Counted from the first letter of the whole stretch, positions 25,945 to 39,726 are shown. The stretch: 63,931 nt of DNA, filler included, from Octopus bimaculoides (GCF_001194135.2; 7 parts of 6 records of this genome joined end to end with filler, not necessarily neighbours in it), one strand, 5' to 3'. Notes: generated from the sequence alone by a model not told the origin. Made by a program: numbers and translations.

Positions 25945-26631
25945 TAATAACAATAAATGAAGCAAAACGCATATAAATAAAAGTTCCTTTAATTCCTACA
26001 TATGTTTCAAAATATATGTGGACCTACTCCAAAGAAGTAAGAGCTGCTGGAATTCCACATATATTCATCGTCAGGGAACCAACATATAGAAGCAAGACAA
26101 ATGCGAAATGATGAGGTAACTTACGAGTTATAATATTACATGGCCAAGTAAGTGACCGTTAGAAGTAAGAATGCTTGTTTACATAGAGTTATAAAGGGAG
26201 GGGGCTGTAAACATTTTTTTATAGTTGATGAATTCTCTTGGTTCTCTCCTTTCAACCACTTTTGACTTAGCAATTAGCTTACGACTTTTCGTTTTACTGT
26301 GATTTATTTTGCCCTCCTCCCCCCATTTTAATCATTTAATTTAAACCTTTAGTATAACGTTTACAGCCCCCTCCCTTTATAACTCTATGTAAACAAGCGT
26401 TCTTACTTCTAACGGTCACTTACTTGGCCATGTAATATTATAGTTCGTAAGTTACCTCATAATTTCGCATTTGTCTTGGTTCTATATGTTGGTTACCTGA
26501 CGATGAATATATGCGGAATTCCAGCAGCTCTTACTTCTTTGGAGTAGGGTACACATATATTTTGAAATTGTATGAATTAAAGGAACTTTTATTTATATGC
26601 TTTTTGCTCCATTTATTGTTATTATTCATAT
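25938..26631. mobile_element. Foldback/MITE element, about 275-bp inverted arms and 146-bp spacer
   Basis: 25938-26212 is the reverse complement of 26359-26631 with only scattered mismatches; abuts a (TA)n tract. Confidence 0.85.
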
Positions 26632-28139
26632 CTACTCAAAATGCATCACTTCAACTTGGTATCTCTACCTATAAAATGGGTGTGATATCCTGTTTCTTTG
26701 TGTAATTTTTGCTACCCATGGTAAGTATTAACATATTTACATTGTCAAAGTTTTTTTAAAACTGAGATAATATTATATATACATAAACTAATATATATAT
26801 ATATGCGTATAAGAAGGGANNNNNNNNNNNNNNNNNNNNNNNNNNNNNNNNNNNNNNNNNNNNNNNNNNNNNNNNNNNNNNNNNNNNNNNNNNNNNNNNN
26901 NNNNNNNNNNNNNNNNNNNNNNNNNNNNNNNNNNNNNNNNNNNNNNNNNNNNNNNNNNNNNNNNNNNNNNNNNNNNNNNNNNNNNNNNNNNNNNNNNNNN
27001 NNNNNNNNNNNNNNNNNNNNNNNNNNNNNNNNNNNNNNNNNNNNNNNNNNNNNNNNNNNNNNNNNNNNNNNNNNNNNNNNNNNNNNNNNNNNNNNNNNNN
27101 NNNNNNNNNNNNNNNNNNNNNNNNNNNNNNNNNNNNNNNNNNNNNNNNNNNNNNNNNNNNNNNNNNNNNNNNNNNNNNNNNNNNNNNNNNNNNNNNNNNN
27201 NNNNNNNNNNNNNNNNNNNNNNNNNNNNNNNNNNNNNNNNNNNNNNNNNNNNNNNNNNNNNNNNNNNNNNNNNNNNNNNNNNNNNNNNNNNNNNNNNNNN
27301 NNNNNNNNNNNNNNNNNNNNNNNNNNNNNNNNNNNNNNNNNNNNNNNNNNNNNNNNNNNNNNNNNNNNNNNNNNNNNNNNNNNNNNNNNNNNNNNNNNNN
27401 NNNNNNNNNNNNNNNNNNNNNNNNNNNNNNNNNNNNNNNNNNNNNNNNNNNNNNNNNNNNNNNNNNNNNNNNNNNNNNNNNNNNNNNNNNNNNNNNNNNN
27501 NNNNNNNNNNNNNNNNNNNNNNNNNNNNNNNNNNNNNNNNNNNNNNNNNNNNNNNNNNNNNNNNNNNNNNNNNNNNNNNNNNNNNNNNNNNNNNNNNNNN
27601 NNNNNNNNNNNNNNNNNNNNNNNNNNNNNNNNNNNNNNNNNNNNNNNNNNNNNNNNNNNNNNNNNNNNNNNNNNNNNNNNNNNNNNNNNNNNNNNNNNNT
27701 CTCTAAATGAAGTATTAACAGTAACTGCACGATAAAGTGTAGTATATTGCCACTTAAGTGTGGCTGACCCCTAGGGGTGGATGTTACTGTTGCTTTTAGC
27801 TCCAGGAGGACATCTCCTCCAGTTGGCTTATCGACACACGACTGTGTCCTGTTTGCCAAGGGTAGTTATCCCTCTCACCAACATCTGCAGCACGAACGGA
27901 TCCGGATTTCAGGGTTATTTCCCTTCATATATATATATATATCTTTAAATACAAACAACTTACAAACAAGCATATATGCATAAATATATATGTGCATGTA
28001 TATGTGTGTATGTGTATGCGTAAAGGCACATTATGATGTTGCATTCACGAGTACGAGATGGTAGTTGCAATTGCAATGAAAAGCAATGGGAATAATAAAT
28101 ATTTTGAAGAACTCCTTTAGCATTGACATATGCCTTCAA

Positions 28140-28325
28140 GCGGCGAGCTGGCCGGGCAAAATACTTAGCGACATTTCGTCCAACTTCACGTTTTGAGTTC
28201 AAATTCTACGGAAGTTGACTTTGCCTTTCATCTTTTTGAGGTCGATAAAATAAGAACACTGGGCTCAATGTAATCGACTTAACCTCTCCCCTAAAATTGC
28301 TGTCCTTGTGGCAAACTTTGAAATA
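28140..28325 (+). mobile_element. SINE family B copy
   Basis: gagttcaaattc..gactttgcctttcatc..gtcgataaaataag..tgtaatcgactt. Confidence 0.75.
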
Positions 28326-28519
28326 TTTATATATGCCTCAGTATTAAAATGCTCCTCATTTTGCCTTGTAATATGTCTCCGAGTAACAATTCTGAAATTG
28401 GTTTAATCTTTTACCACCGCAGGAACTCCTTAGAACATGACAAGATAGTCAAACTGATTCCATTCTCAGAGATTTAATAGTGTTTCATAAGAAGAAAAGC
28501 TCTCTTTCAAAATAAGGCA

Positions 28520-28710
28520 TTGAGCTGGAAAATCATTTGCATGCTGGGAAAAATGCTTAGCAGCAGTTCGTTGGTCCAAACTGGACCGAAGTCAACTTTG
28601 CCTTTCATCCTTTCGGGGCCGATAAAATAAGCAGTTGAACACTAGGGTCGATATAATCGACTTATCAATTCCCTTAAATTGCTGTCCATGGACCAAAATA
28701 TTTGAAACAA
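28520..28710 (+). mobile_element. SINE family B copy
   Basis: aaaatgcttagcagc..ctttgcctttcatcctttcggggccgataaaataag..gggtcgatataatcgactt. Confidence 0.75.
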
Positions 28711-29653
28711 ATAATTTTCTTCAAAATGTTTGTAAAATTCAAATTACAAGTCGTGAACAGTAAAACTGTGTTTATTTCCACTGAAACTTTGTTAAAAAAA
28801 GTTGTGCATATCGATATCAAGATTAAAAAGAAGGGAGAACAAGATTAGAAATGAAGAGAAAACATTTAGCGATAAATCTCGAAAACTAGAATATCGATAA
28901 CATTTGAACTCTGACAACAAAAAGGTTAGAAAACTGCCTGTTAATGTTTGAATACGAAATGACTGAGGGCCGTAGGCAAAAACAAGGCTTTAGAAAATCA
29001 GGTGAAGTTTTAACTCGGAAAAAGTAAAAGAATTCCTCATATTTATAAATTCTTCAATTAAACAACAATTTTACTTCTGATAGAAGGGTCAACAACCTTC
29101 TCACGGAGTCAGAGAAATACTCCGGCAGGAAGGGGGGAGTTTTGTCTCCCTTTTATATACATATACGTTATATATATATATATATATATATATATCATCA
29201 TCATCATCATCGTCTGTGTATGCGTGCATGAGTGATTTTAGATTCGCAAGTCCGTGTAGCTTTGTGAATGTTTGTATATATGATCTGTCTCTTCTCCTCT
29301 AAACTTCTTCTTTCCTCTCTCAGACTCTCTCTGTCTCTCTTTCTCCCTTACAGTATATGCATGTGTGTGTATGCATGTGTGTGTGCACGTGTATGAGTGT
29401 CAAAGGAGAGAGAGAGAGAGAGAGAGAGAGGGGAAGAGGGAGAGAGAGCGGGAAAGAGGTAGAAAGGAGGGGGTGTATTTCCTGCTAACAGAATAGAATA
29501 TGATTCTTTGGGAAGGTACATGACAGACACGTATCTAATGCATTCACTTGGTGGCTTCAAATGTAAAATCCCTCCCATTTGCGTCGTCATTATATTTCAA
29601 AAATCTTGATTAGCTAATTTCAACAGAGTTTATATTCTTTCCTTCTTGTTTAT

Positions 29654-29727
<74 letters not shown>

Positions 29728-30199
29728 NNNNNNNNNNNNNNNNNNNNNNNNNNNNNNNNNNNNNNNNNNNNNNNNNNNNNNNNNNNNNNNNNNNNNNNNN
29801 NNNNNNNNNNNNNNNNNNNNNNNNNNNNNNNNNNNNNNNNNNNNNNNNNNNNNNNNNNNNNNNNNNNNNNNNNNNNNNNNNNNNNNNNNNNNNNNNNNNN
29901 NNNNNNNNNNNNNNNNNNNNNNNNNNNNNNNNNNNNNNNNNNNNNNNNNNNNNNNNNNNNNNNNNNNNNNNNNNNNNNNNNNNNNNNNNNNNNNNNNNNN
30001 NNNNNNNNNNNNNNNNNNNNNNNNNNNNNNNNNNNNNNNNNNNNNNNNNNNNNNNNNNNNNNNNNNNNNNNNNNNNNNNNNNNNNNNNNNNNNNNNNNNN
30101 NNNNNNNNNNNNNNNNNNNNNNNNNNNNNNNNNNNNNNNNNNNNNNNNNNNNNNNNNNNNNNNNNNNNNNNNNNNNNNNNNNNNNNNNNNNNNNNNNNN

Positions 30200-30233
<34 letters not shown>

Positions 30234-32771
30234 ACATCTATGTATGTGTGCGTATGTGGGTGTCTGTGTGTATGTGTATGTAGGCTGCCAGGTGTATACC
30301 ATACGATTCATTATCTAACAATAATAATTATAATAATAATAATAACAGTAAACTTTATGTGTGTTTGTGTGTGTGTCTGTGTATGTATGTATGTATGTTT
30401 TTATATACCTGCATACCATATATCCTAAGCAAATTTAGGGAGACTTTTTATTCTATGTCCATTTGATTCTCTCAATCTCTCACCTGGCTGTCGGTAGAAA
30501 AACACAGGATGGTTCGCACACACATATACACACGCACACATTTATACCCATACGTATATACACCGAATATAAACGTAGCGCATACACACAGAAGCATATA
30601 CATGTGTGTGTGTTTTGTGTACGTGTGTGTTTTTTGTTTGTGTGTGTTTGTGTATGAGGAGGTATAAATTTATATAAGTGTGTATTTCTGATTGAGAAAT
30701 GTGTGGAAGGAAAATATATATATTCCTACACACACACACGCACACACACACACGTACACACACACACACACACACACACACANNNNNNNNNNNNNNNNNN
30801 NNNNNNNNNNNNNNNNNNNNNNNNNNTTAATTAATTAANNNNNNNNNNNNNNNNNNNNNNNNNNNNNNNNNNNNNNNNNNNNATTTGAACAAGGAATGTA
30901 CATAAGGAAGAAGACAAAAAGAAAAACACAAGGAAGATAAGCAATGTAACACTAAACTAATGTCAAAAAGACATAAACAAGGTATTAATGCTTTGTGGTG
31001 TGTCTGGTGGCTTATTTTTAAACTCCGCCAAGATGTATTTCTTAAAATGAGGAGCATAAACAAAAATTCTCATTCCTGGGACTTATGTAGTTGTTGGAGG
31101 CTCTCAAATTTTTTAAGAGATATAGTTTTTCAAGAGAACACATTGAACATCTTTGGATTGGGTCCAAACCCCACCATTATACATGGGATGCTATTTGTTA
31201 CCACTCTTCTATGAAAGACATATCTTGCCATAGGGAAATATTACCTAACATGAAAGGCATCCAAACAATAAAAAAATTACCTGAACGAATTTTATCTGAC
31301 CCATGTACAAATGGACATTAAAACAATGATGATGATGATGTATGGGAAATGTCACAACTGGGAAATTTTCAAATATATGGATGTTATAAAATGTCCATTA
31401 TTATATTTTATAAACCAGATTGGAAGTCGCCATATACCAATGGAAAAATTAATAATATTAGTACAAAGAAAAATGGCTTTAACCTTATCATTTATACCTT
31501 ATACTTATTTTCTTCTAGCTTTTACCATCCTCTTTTTCTTGCTTATTAATCCTTACCCATGTAGTATAATATTACTATATACAGTGAAACTGTGTCTATA
31601 TTTAAGTGACCATTTCAGTTCTGAAATTGTACTTGTTTAGCAAGTGATTTAATATGAAACTTTATAGTGAAACTAAAACAATCAGTGTGGAAAAACACAT
31701 ATTAACCATTTAAAAACACAGTAAAACTATTTACTTAATCATTTAGTATTTGGTGTCAGTGACCAGGTTGCTGAGAATGCAAATAACCATCATTAAATAA
31801 TAAATGATTAAGTGAAGTTCACAGTTTTTGTGTATTTTTGAATAGTTAATATGTTTCTTCCACTCTGTAATTGCCATGTTAGTTCTGCTAACCCTATTGT
31901 ATTAAATATCATATGATACTTTACATTCTAGCACATCTAGAGGTGTTACCAAGTTAATATATCCGTACTTTTACATGAGGCTGACAAACAGCTTTATATC
32001 ATATACACCCACACACATCCTTTAATCCTTACTCCTTTACCCTTTACTCTTCTTCATTTTCTGAATTTATGTTGATCTAAAAATCACATCTTTGCAGATT
32101 CACTTTTAGTTACAAAGTCTGTATAGATAAATAGATTTCAAACCACAATTCTCATTGACAAATCTCTCCCTCAAAATTCCAATTATAGTTTGCATGTAAA
32201 GAATAATTCCTAGCATTTAAAATTTTATCTTGTGAGCACATACCTATAATTAAGCTACCTTTATAATTATTATAGGTTTGCATCTTTCCATTTCTAAGAC
32301 GAAACGCTAATGCTACCCTATTATTATTCCCAATTATTATCAGAAAATACATCAGTAGCATACCTCTTTCTAATATATTTTGAATCAGGTTTCCTACAAC
32401 ATACCATATGATTACAATTTGAAATTTTAACAATCCATTGATATTAGAAATCCATCTTGAGCTGTTTTTCTAAAACTTAGTAACATACTTTTAATATTAA
32501 ACCTGATTTCTAGAAGCAAGCCATTTTAATTATGATTTAATACTTTTGATAGCACACATATTAATCTTGTACCTTACTTCCAAATTATTCACTTTCATTT
32601 TCATCTGTAGCACTATTTCTCCTCAATTTGCATACTATACTTCAACAAACCACAACCTACAACATTACTTTCAATTTACATATATTATCTGACAGTTTTC
32701 TTGTAGAATACTTCAAAGAGCCATATAAACCCCGCTAATTTATCAATCATCACTAATATTATTTTCTACTT

Positions 32772-32870
32772 TAATTCCTATGTGCGTGTAATTCCTATGT
32801 GCGTGTAATTCCTATGTGCGTGTAATCCCTATGTGTGTGTAATTCCTATGTGCGTGTAATTCCTATGTGC
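32772..32870 (+). repeat. 17-bp minisatellite (TAATTCCTATGTGCGTG, about 5.8 copies)
   Basis: Directly visible tandem units, one with two substitutions. Confidence 0.95.
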
Positions 32871-33197
32871 AACATACTCTCTCATATTTCCTCTTACTGC
32901 TTCATTAAGTTCCTTTCTTATAGCTATCCTCTTAGGTCATCCAACTACATATTTTATAAAATATTACTTCTTATCATATGCTTCCTCTTAGGTCTCATAT
33001 TCTTTCACACCATAATTTAAATCTTATTATAAAATTTAATTCATTGCAGAATTTTCCTTTGTCTGTTTCACATATACATAAACAGTTAAGTAAAACTTTA
33101 TTGTTAAAATATGATTGAGATATATTTTTAAATCACCTGATTCCAATTCAATGAACCCAAGATATTCTTGATTTATCATGGATTGATGCTACCGCTT

Positions 33198-33254
<57 letters not shown>

Positions 33255-33807
33255 CTGTTAAATACACGTTATCTTGAAATATCTTTAAAATACAATACTA
33301 ACATGCTATAATCTACATATTTCAATCAATAAGCAGAAATACAAAACATCAAACTCTCTTTTTGAACCATTATACTTTTCTCAGTTAAACAAAAACAAGT
33401 CTTTTCATTTTGAAAAATTTTATAATAACATGTTATATCCCTTTTCTTTTAAGTCACATTAATATTATTATCAATTTTCCATTTGCATAAGATGAAATAA
33501 CTTCCAATTAAAAAAAATTATGATAGTTTTTTTTATAAAATCTTCAAAAAGCTATAACTCCACCCTCTCTAAATATTTGAGCTTTCTCAGTTTTTAATTT
33601 ACCTAAATGCTTCTCTGAATTTCTATTTATTAGTAAATTTTGTTCTCATTTCTAATTATTCTAGTGAATAGATGAAACTATAAAACCTTCCATTATATAG
33701 CACTTTCAGGAAAAATAAAGTGGTGTCAAGGGAGAGCTGCAGTGAGAGAGATAATGTGTAGAGAGGACGAAGATATGAAGAGAAGATACAGTGAGGTGCT
33801 CATTTGA

Positions 33808-33856
<49 letters not shown>

Positions 33857-33879
33857 GTACTTCCAGAACTCAGTTTTAC

Positions 33880-34240
33880 TGAGGCAGATGAATCTTCTTG
33901 AAAAGCCTGGTCCTTTGTCACCACCTCCATGAGATTCAAACTCCTGAGATCAGCTGTCACAACTTCAACTTCCTGGGTCTCCTTCTCCCACAAACTTCTG
34001 CCACATTAAGTAGTTGGCACTTCTTGATATAGATGTCCTCAATGATAACATTACATACCCAAACATTACATGTTCAAACTAAAGCAATCTTCTTTCTTGC
34101 ACACTGTGTTTGATCCCTCTTTTGCCCAGTTTTTATCTCAACACACTTGTACTATACCATTCATGCACACACTGATATTACGTCCCCAGTGGAGAATGTT
34201 TGCTTCATTTCTTAACAATATTCTCAAGGCCTCTGTGTTT
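33880..34240 (-). mobile_element. RTE-clade LINE 3' ORF remnant
   Basis: Minus strand KLGKRGIKHSVQERRL..KKCQLLNV..ADLRSLNLMEVVTKDQ, homologous to 37256-38075. Confidence 0.7.
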
Positions 34241-34424
34241 AAGGCCCAAGTCTTATTACTATTGCAGCTCTAACATTTGCACCATACAATCTGCCTTTGA
34301 TTCTGTGGGAAAATATATTTGTTGCTAATAGTGGTAGAAAGTCCCTAAACTTTTTCAGTCTGTTTTTACTCTGGCTACTATACCTTTAGAATAATCACCT
34401 TCCATGCTAATTAATTACATCTAG

Positions 34425-34427
<3 letters not shown>

Positions 34428-34511
<84 letters not shown>
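34428..34511 (+). repeat. (CA)n microsatellite, representative of dozens of CA/TG/TA tracts in the window
   Basis: Directly visible; similar tracts at 1-46, 445-496, 586-638, 40930-41020 and beside most N-gaps. Confidence 0.95.
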
Positions 34512-34520
<9 letters not shown>

Positions 34521-35229
34521 ACATTTTTGCAGTATTATACACAAGGCTACATATACAGTATGGTCGAAGTATTAGTAGATAGTTTCATAGAAAATGAAAA
34601 TGAAGCTTCTTTAAAAGGAAAGAATGATTATTTTAATTGTTCTTTCATTTTAGGGAAGCTTAATTTTATATGAAAGCTTCTTGTAACAGTTTAGCTACAT
34701 CTGGTGTTTAATTTCTAATACTGTATTAATAATATATCCATTGTGTTAGCTTGTACTGAGTGTATCTTTTCTCTGACTTATGAAACTAGCTTGGAATATA
34801 TGTGTATCTGTGTGTGTGTATGTGTGTGTGTGAATATATATAGAGAGAAAATAGATAGATATAGATAAAGTATCCAGGTGGATACTATATGAGCACTCAG
34901 TTATAATCCAGGTTATGCCTAATTGCATTAAGTGTAGAAATTTCTGAGATTTAAATAAATGCTGTAATTCCATTTTTGTTGTTGGTTTGGTGTTTCTTCC
35001 CTCCTTTCCAGTTGAAGTGATATGCTCACCATCTCATGCAGTGTATAAATAAATTGTTTTTATCAATAAGATTTTTTAGATATATCACTCTCTATCTAAA
35101 AATAGAAATTCTGAAAAACTACAAAATAACACATAAAAATAACCTAATTAATTTATACTTGCAAGCTAAAAATATAATGAAAAAGTTAAATTTAGAGGAC
35201 AAGGGTTAGGGTAAGGGTTACCTTACCTA

Positions 35230-36950
35230 CCTAGAACCTCTCAAATCAACCTGAAAGCCAATAAGCCTAACTCCACTATTAACCCATCTGCCAGAGGCTG
35301 CTCAAAATCAGATTTAGGCAAAATTAGTAAGCACATCATTGATAAGTACATTCCCATACAAAGGTCTAACTCTTACAAAGTAATTGATTGGTTCACTAAT
35401 ATTAGCAATGAAAAATAAACTAAATACATTCAGTTAGATATTTCTAACTATTACGCTTCTATTAACCCCATCCTCCTCAACACTGTTATTTACTATGAAA
35501 AATTCTAGTCTATCCAAAGAAGTAGATATTATATCAACTGCTAGAAAACCTATTATTGAATTTGAGGGAAAGTATTGGGCAGATATGTTTGACATTACCA
35601 CGGGCTCCAGTGATTCTGCTCAGGTAACTGACCTAGTTGGTACATACATCCTATTCTGTATAAGTAGGGAATTTCTGTAATGGGGAGGGGATTATACAGG
35701 GACGATACTCTATTTACATTACATAAATCTAACAATGTTAAATAAGAAAAATATAGCAAAAAGTCATTAAGTTTTTTCAAAGGTCTGGGATTATCTATCT
35801 CCACAAAAGAGCACACTAAAGTTAACTTCTTGGACATTACTTTGGATTTGAGTATAGGTGAATATCAACCATACCACAAACCGAGTGATAACCTCAAGTA
35901 CATCAATTTTAACAGTAATCACCCCCAAAATATTACTCAATAACATTTCATCCCACATCTCTAGACTTTCAGCAAATGAGGAGTTCTTTACAAAAAAATG
36001 AAAACTATTATAATAATGTGCTAGCAGAAGCAGGTGACAAGGATAAGTTACTATATAGTCCCATGACTCAAATGAAGAAGCATACAAGTAAGAATGGAAC
36101 CTGGAACTTAGTAGTTGCAAACACAGGGAATAGTACAATTAACTGGAAAAAGCCCCATAGGCATAAAGTGAAATCAGCAGGCAGCACCCAGAATAGCAAT
36201 AGCAGAAATAACTGCGTATAGGACTAGGTTAGTAACATAAATAATAATAATATTGACAAACGTGATAAAGAAAGTGCAGGTAATAACCTAAGCAATACTA
36301 GGACAGGCATCAAAAATAGGAACAACCTTCTTAAGAAAAGGAATATACAATGTACTATTAATGTAAACAAGGATTATAACAACTTCGAGGATAAACCACT
36401 TAGAAAAATGAATTGTTTTCACAAAATTAGACCAACTCCTAATAATAATAGTGATCTCCACAAAAGAGAAATAAATCAAGGGCTACATTGTGGTATAATG
36501 CAGTATTTGGTAGGCAAATAACTACCAACATTCTGGCTAAACTTTTCGTTGCTGTAAATAGGCAGTTTCCTAAATCAAACAAATACAATAGAAACTTTAA
36601 CTGGCACACTATTAGATTGGATTTTTCCACTAGCAAAAACTGATCACAAGTTACAGCAGCACATAAGACTTGAAGAATATCTAAATTCCAGAGCAAAGAA
36701 TACCACAGTAAAGTACTTAATAGAAATAATGACAATAATAATACTCTTAGTGATGACAACTACACACAAAGAACCAAAAAAGTAGAGAATCAACCTGGGG
36801 AGATTTTGAATACTGCACTTACAGACAATGACAAGGAAATGCACACCAAAATAGAGGCAAGTAGTGGAAGGAGACAACTATTACATTTCCAAATGCTACT
36901 GGATCAGATACAGTAAAAACAAGACAAAATAACATGTGAACTGGAAACTA
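35230..36950 (+). mobile_element. Decayed Penelope-like element (IWFNPP-type), RT plus linker
   Basis: VIDWFTNI..IQLDISNYYASI, FDITTGSSDSAQVTDLVGTYIL, GLYRDDTL, LDITLDL..YHKP..YINFNSNHP, ISRLSANEEF, LWYNAVF..TNI..FPK. Confidence 0.75.
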
Positions 36951-37255
36951 TAGCTGAAATGTAAACACTAGTAGATCTGTAGATAGAGAAATAGACAAGG
37001 TATCTAATTCTGGTTCTTCTAACACAGACAAGGTTAGTAACAATAAAAGTCTTTGTGGCTGTGACAAGGATAAAATCTTTTCCCTAAATGCTCAATGTCT
37101 GAGGAAAAATACAGTATACATGAATAGGGTTACATCAGATGTAATTTGACAATTTTCAAGGCAAGGTTGGCAAATCATTTAGCTTCATTCAGGAATAGAG
37201 AGAAAATACATAGCATGAGCTTAAGTGTGTTCACCTTATCCCTTATATATATATA

Positions 37256-38075
37256 TCATCATCATCATCATCATCATTTAACGTCCATTTTCCATGCTGG
37301 CATGAGTTGGATGGTTTGACAGGAGCTGGCAAGGCTGGGGCCACATTAGGCTCCATTGTAGATTCTGGCATGGTTTTTACAACTGGATGCCCTTCCTAAT
37401 GTCAACCACTTCATAGAGTGTACTGGGTGCTTTTTACGTGGCACCATCACCAGTGCTTTTTATGTGACATCAGCACCAGTATAAATTCTGCTGTGGTGGA
37501 TCTTCTTGAATACAAGGTACCAGATATCTTGGTCCTTTGTCATTTCTTTTGTATGGTTCAGTGTTTTGAGATCAGCCTTCAGTACTTTATCCCATTTCTT
37601 CCTGGGTCTCCTCTTCCATGAGATACATCCACTTTAAGTGATTGTGTACTTCTGTACACAACTGGCTGCAACCATACACTTCATCTGCCCAAACTAGTAC
37701 AGTCTTCTCTCCTGCAAACTGCATCTAATTCCTCTTATGCCTAATTTTTCTGTCAGTACACTCACACTCCATTGCACATCCTTCATTCCTCTGTAGCCTT
37801 CCCATGGCCTCTGCATTCAGGACCCATGTCACACTACGAGGTATTATCGCTGTTTGTACACATGTGTCATACAGTCTTCCTTTTTACTCAGAGAGAGAGT
37901 GGGGAGAGACCTTTAGTTGCCAACAGAGGTAAAAGCTCTCTGAATTTTCTCCAACCTATTCTTATTCTAGCAATTACAGTTTTCAGTACATCCTCCCTCT
38001 CTGCTAATTAGGTTAGCAGAAATTATCCACTACCTCTAAAGAGCCCCCAGGGCATTTAGAAAAATCAATTTCCCA
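37256..38075 (-). mobile_element. 5'-truncated RTE-clade LINE with 3' UTR and (GAT)n tail
   Basis: Minus strand LRVKGRLYDTCVQTA..LTEKLGIRGIRCSLQERRL..GRGDPG; the tail appears as (ATC)n at 37256. Confidence 0.85.
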
Positions 38076-38244
38076 AATATCTGTAGTTTTTGTGGCTCCT
38101 GTGCATCTTTCCCATACAAACACTACTTTCTCTAATAATCTTTCTCTCATTCCACTGCACTTCTTGTGTATCCATAGCTTGCATTGGGTACACTATAATA
38201 TATATATATGATGATGATGATATACATGTATATATGTGTGTATG

Positions 38245-38297
<53 letters not shown>

Positions 38298-38643
38298 GTT
38301 AACTACTTTCAAACAAGAGTGAACTCAATACAATGAAATGATGTAGAGGTCTAATAGTTTATTCAAAAGCTGCATTAAAAATAATTCATGTTATGACTTT
38401 CAGTTTACTGCCCATTGATTCTTTGGGTAATGATATCAATCTCCATTGTTGTATGATGTCAGATGACATGAACCATAAAGAGGGATATGAGTGATAAAAC
38501 CCATTTAACTATTGGCAGCATGAAAAATCAGACATAAAATGATGATTAAGATGATGATCTAAAAATAAATAATGTTTGGATCAAGAGTAATCTTATTCTA
38601 AATATATTTTAAGCACACACACACATGCGCATGGATGTATTAT

Positions 38644-38917
38644 TGTTATGTTTCCCTCGGGTGACTCGCAGAGATAACACAACGAGTTATACAATTTAAT
38701 TATTACATTTATTGTTCAATTACATACAAAGAACGCACTCACCCAATGTTCGTTATGAATAAGCAAAAGTCATGTCCGCCATATATATATCAATGACATT
38801 TTACCACGACAGTCCCACAAGACAACAACAATGAAACAATGAACTCAGACGAACCACATGACACACGGAACGTCAGACGAATTACATATCTAACAGTCCA
38901 TATAACACCTCCCCACT
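38644..38917 (-). mobile_element. 3' LTR (264 bp) of an LTR retrotransposon with adjoining polypurine tract
   Basis: Termini TGTTAT...ATAACA (38644-38907); minus-strand PPT AGTGGGGAGG directly abuts the LTR; TATA-like tract precedes AATAAA on the minus strand. The internal region is lost in the gap at 38963. Confidence 0.75.
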
Positions 38918-39079
38918 GAAATTGATGCTACACAAGAAGTATCAACAGCAAAGTCTCTCTTGNNNNNNNNNNNNNNNNNNNNNNNNNNNNNNNNNNNNNN
39001 NNNNNNTTAATTAATTAANNNNNNNNNNNNNNNNNNNNNNNNNNNNNNNNNNNNNNNNNNNNTATGCATATATATTGTT

Positions 39080-39420
39080 ATTGTTGTTGGCACTACGCCG
39101 CTTACGACGTCGAGAGTTACAGTTGGTCCGATCAACGGAACAGCTTGCTCGTGTAATTAACCTGCAAGTGGCTGAGCATTCCACAGACACGTGTACCCTT
39201 AACGTACTTCTCGGGGATATTCAGCGTGACGCAGTGTGACAAGGCTGACCCTCTGAATTACAGGCACAACAGAAACAGGAAGTAAGAGTGAGAGAAAGTT
39301 GTGGTGGAAGAGTACAGCAGGGTTCGCCACCATACCCTGTCGGAGCCTCGTTGAGCTTTAGGTGTTTATGCTCAATAAACACTCACAACGCCCGGTCTCT
39401 GAATCGAAACCGAGATCCTA
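39080..39420 (-). mobile_element. SINE family C copy (head truncated)
   Basis: B-box-like ggtttcgattc on the minus strand, non-coding body, (CAA)n-type tail; assignment from family resemblance. Confidence 0.55.
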
Positions 39421-39668
39421 ACTGATAGTTAATCCCGGCCATTAACGAGCAAAGCTAATATGAGCTGTCAAATTTCTTTTCACATGCACACACCAAACAC
39501 AACATAGGTATGTTTCGAATATTTCGAGATTTATCAGTAGAAAGTCAGCGTTTTTGCTGGAATCAACTTAGTTTTATGATGTGAATGTCATCTTACGACT
39601 ATTTGATTTCTGGGCTTTTATAATATTTACTTTAGAAGAAGGAGCGTCACACATAGATAAATATTTAA

Positions 39669-39726
39669 GACAGACTGACTTTGACAGACTGACTTTGACA
39701 GACTGACTTTGACAGACTGACTTTGA
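39669..39726 (+). repeat. 14-bp minisatellite (GACAGACTGACTTT x4)
   Basis: Four perfect tandem units. Confidence 0.95.

Noticed and set aside
26700-26730. Strong donor ATG|gtaagt
   Set aside because: No plausible upstream acceptor outside the foldback element.
28850-29030. MKRKHLAI... resembling a Tigger/pogo transposase N-terminus
   Set aside because: Only a few residues match; no TIR or downstream domain found.
30975-31300. ClC chloride-channel-like words (IPGTYVVVG, HILP, IKKLP)
   Set aside because: The motifs lie in different frames with spacing inconsistent with ClC proteins; likely chance.
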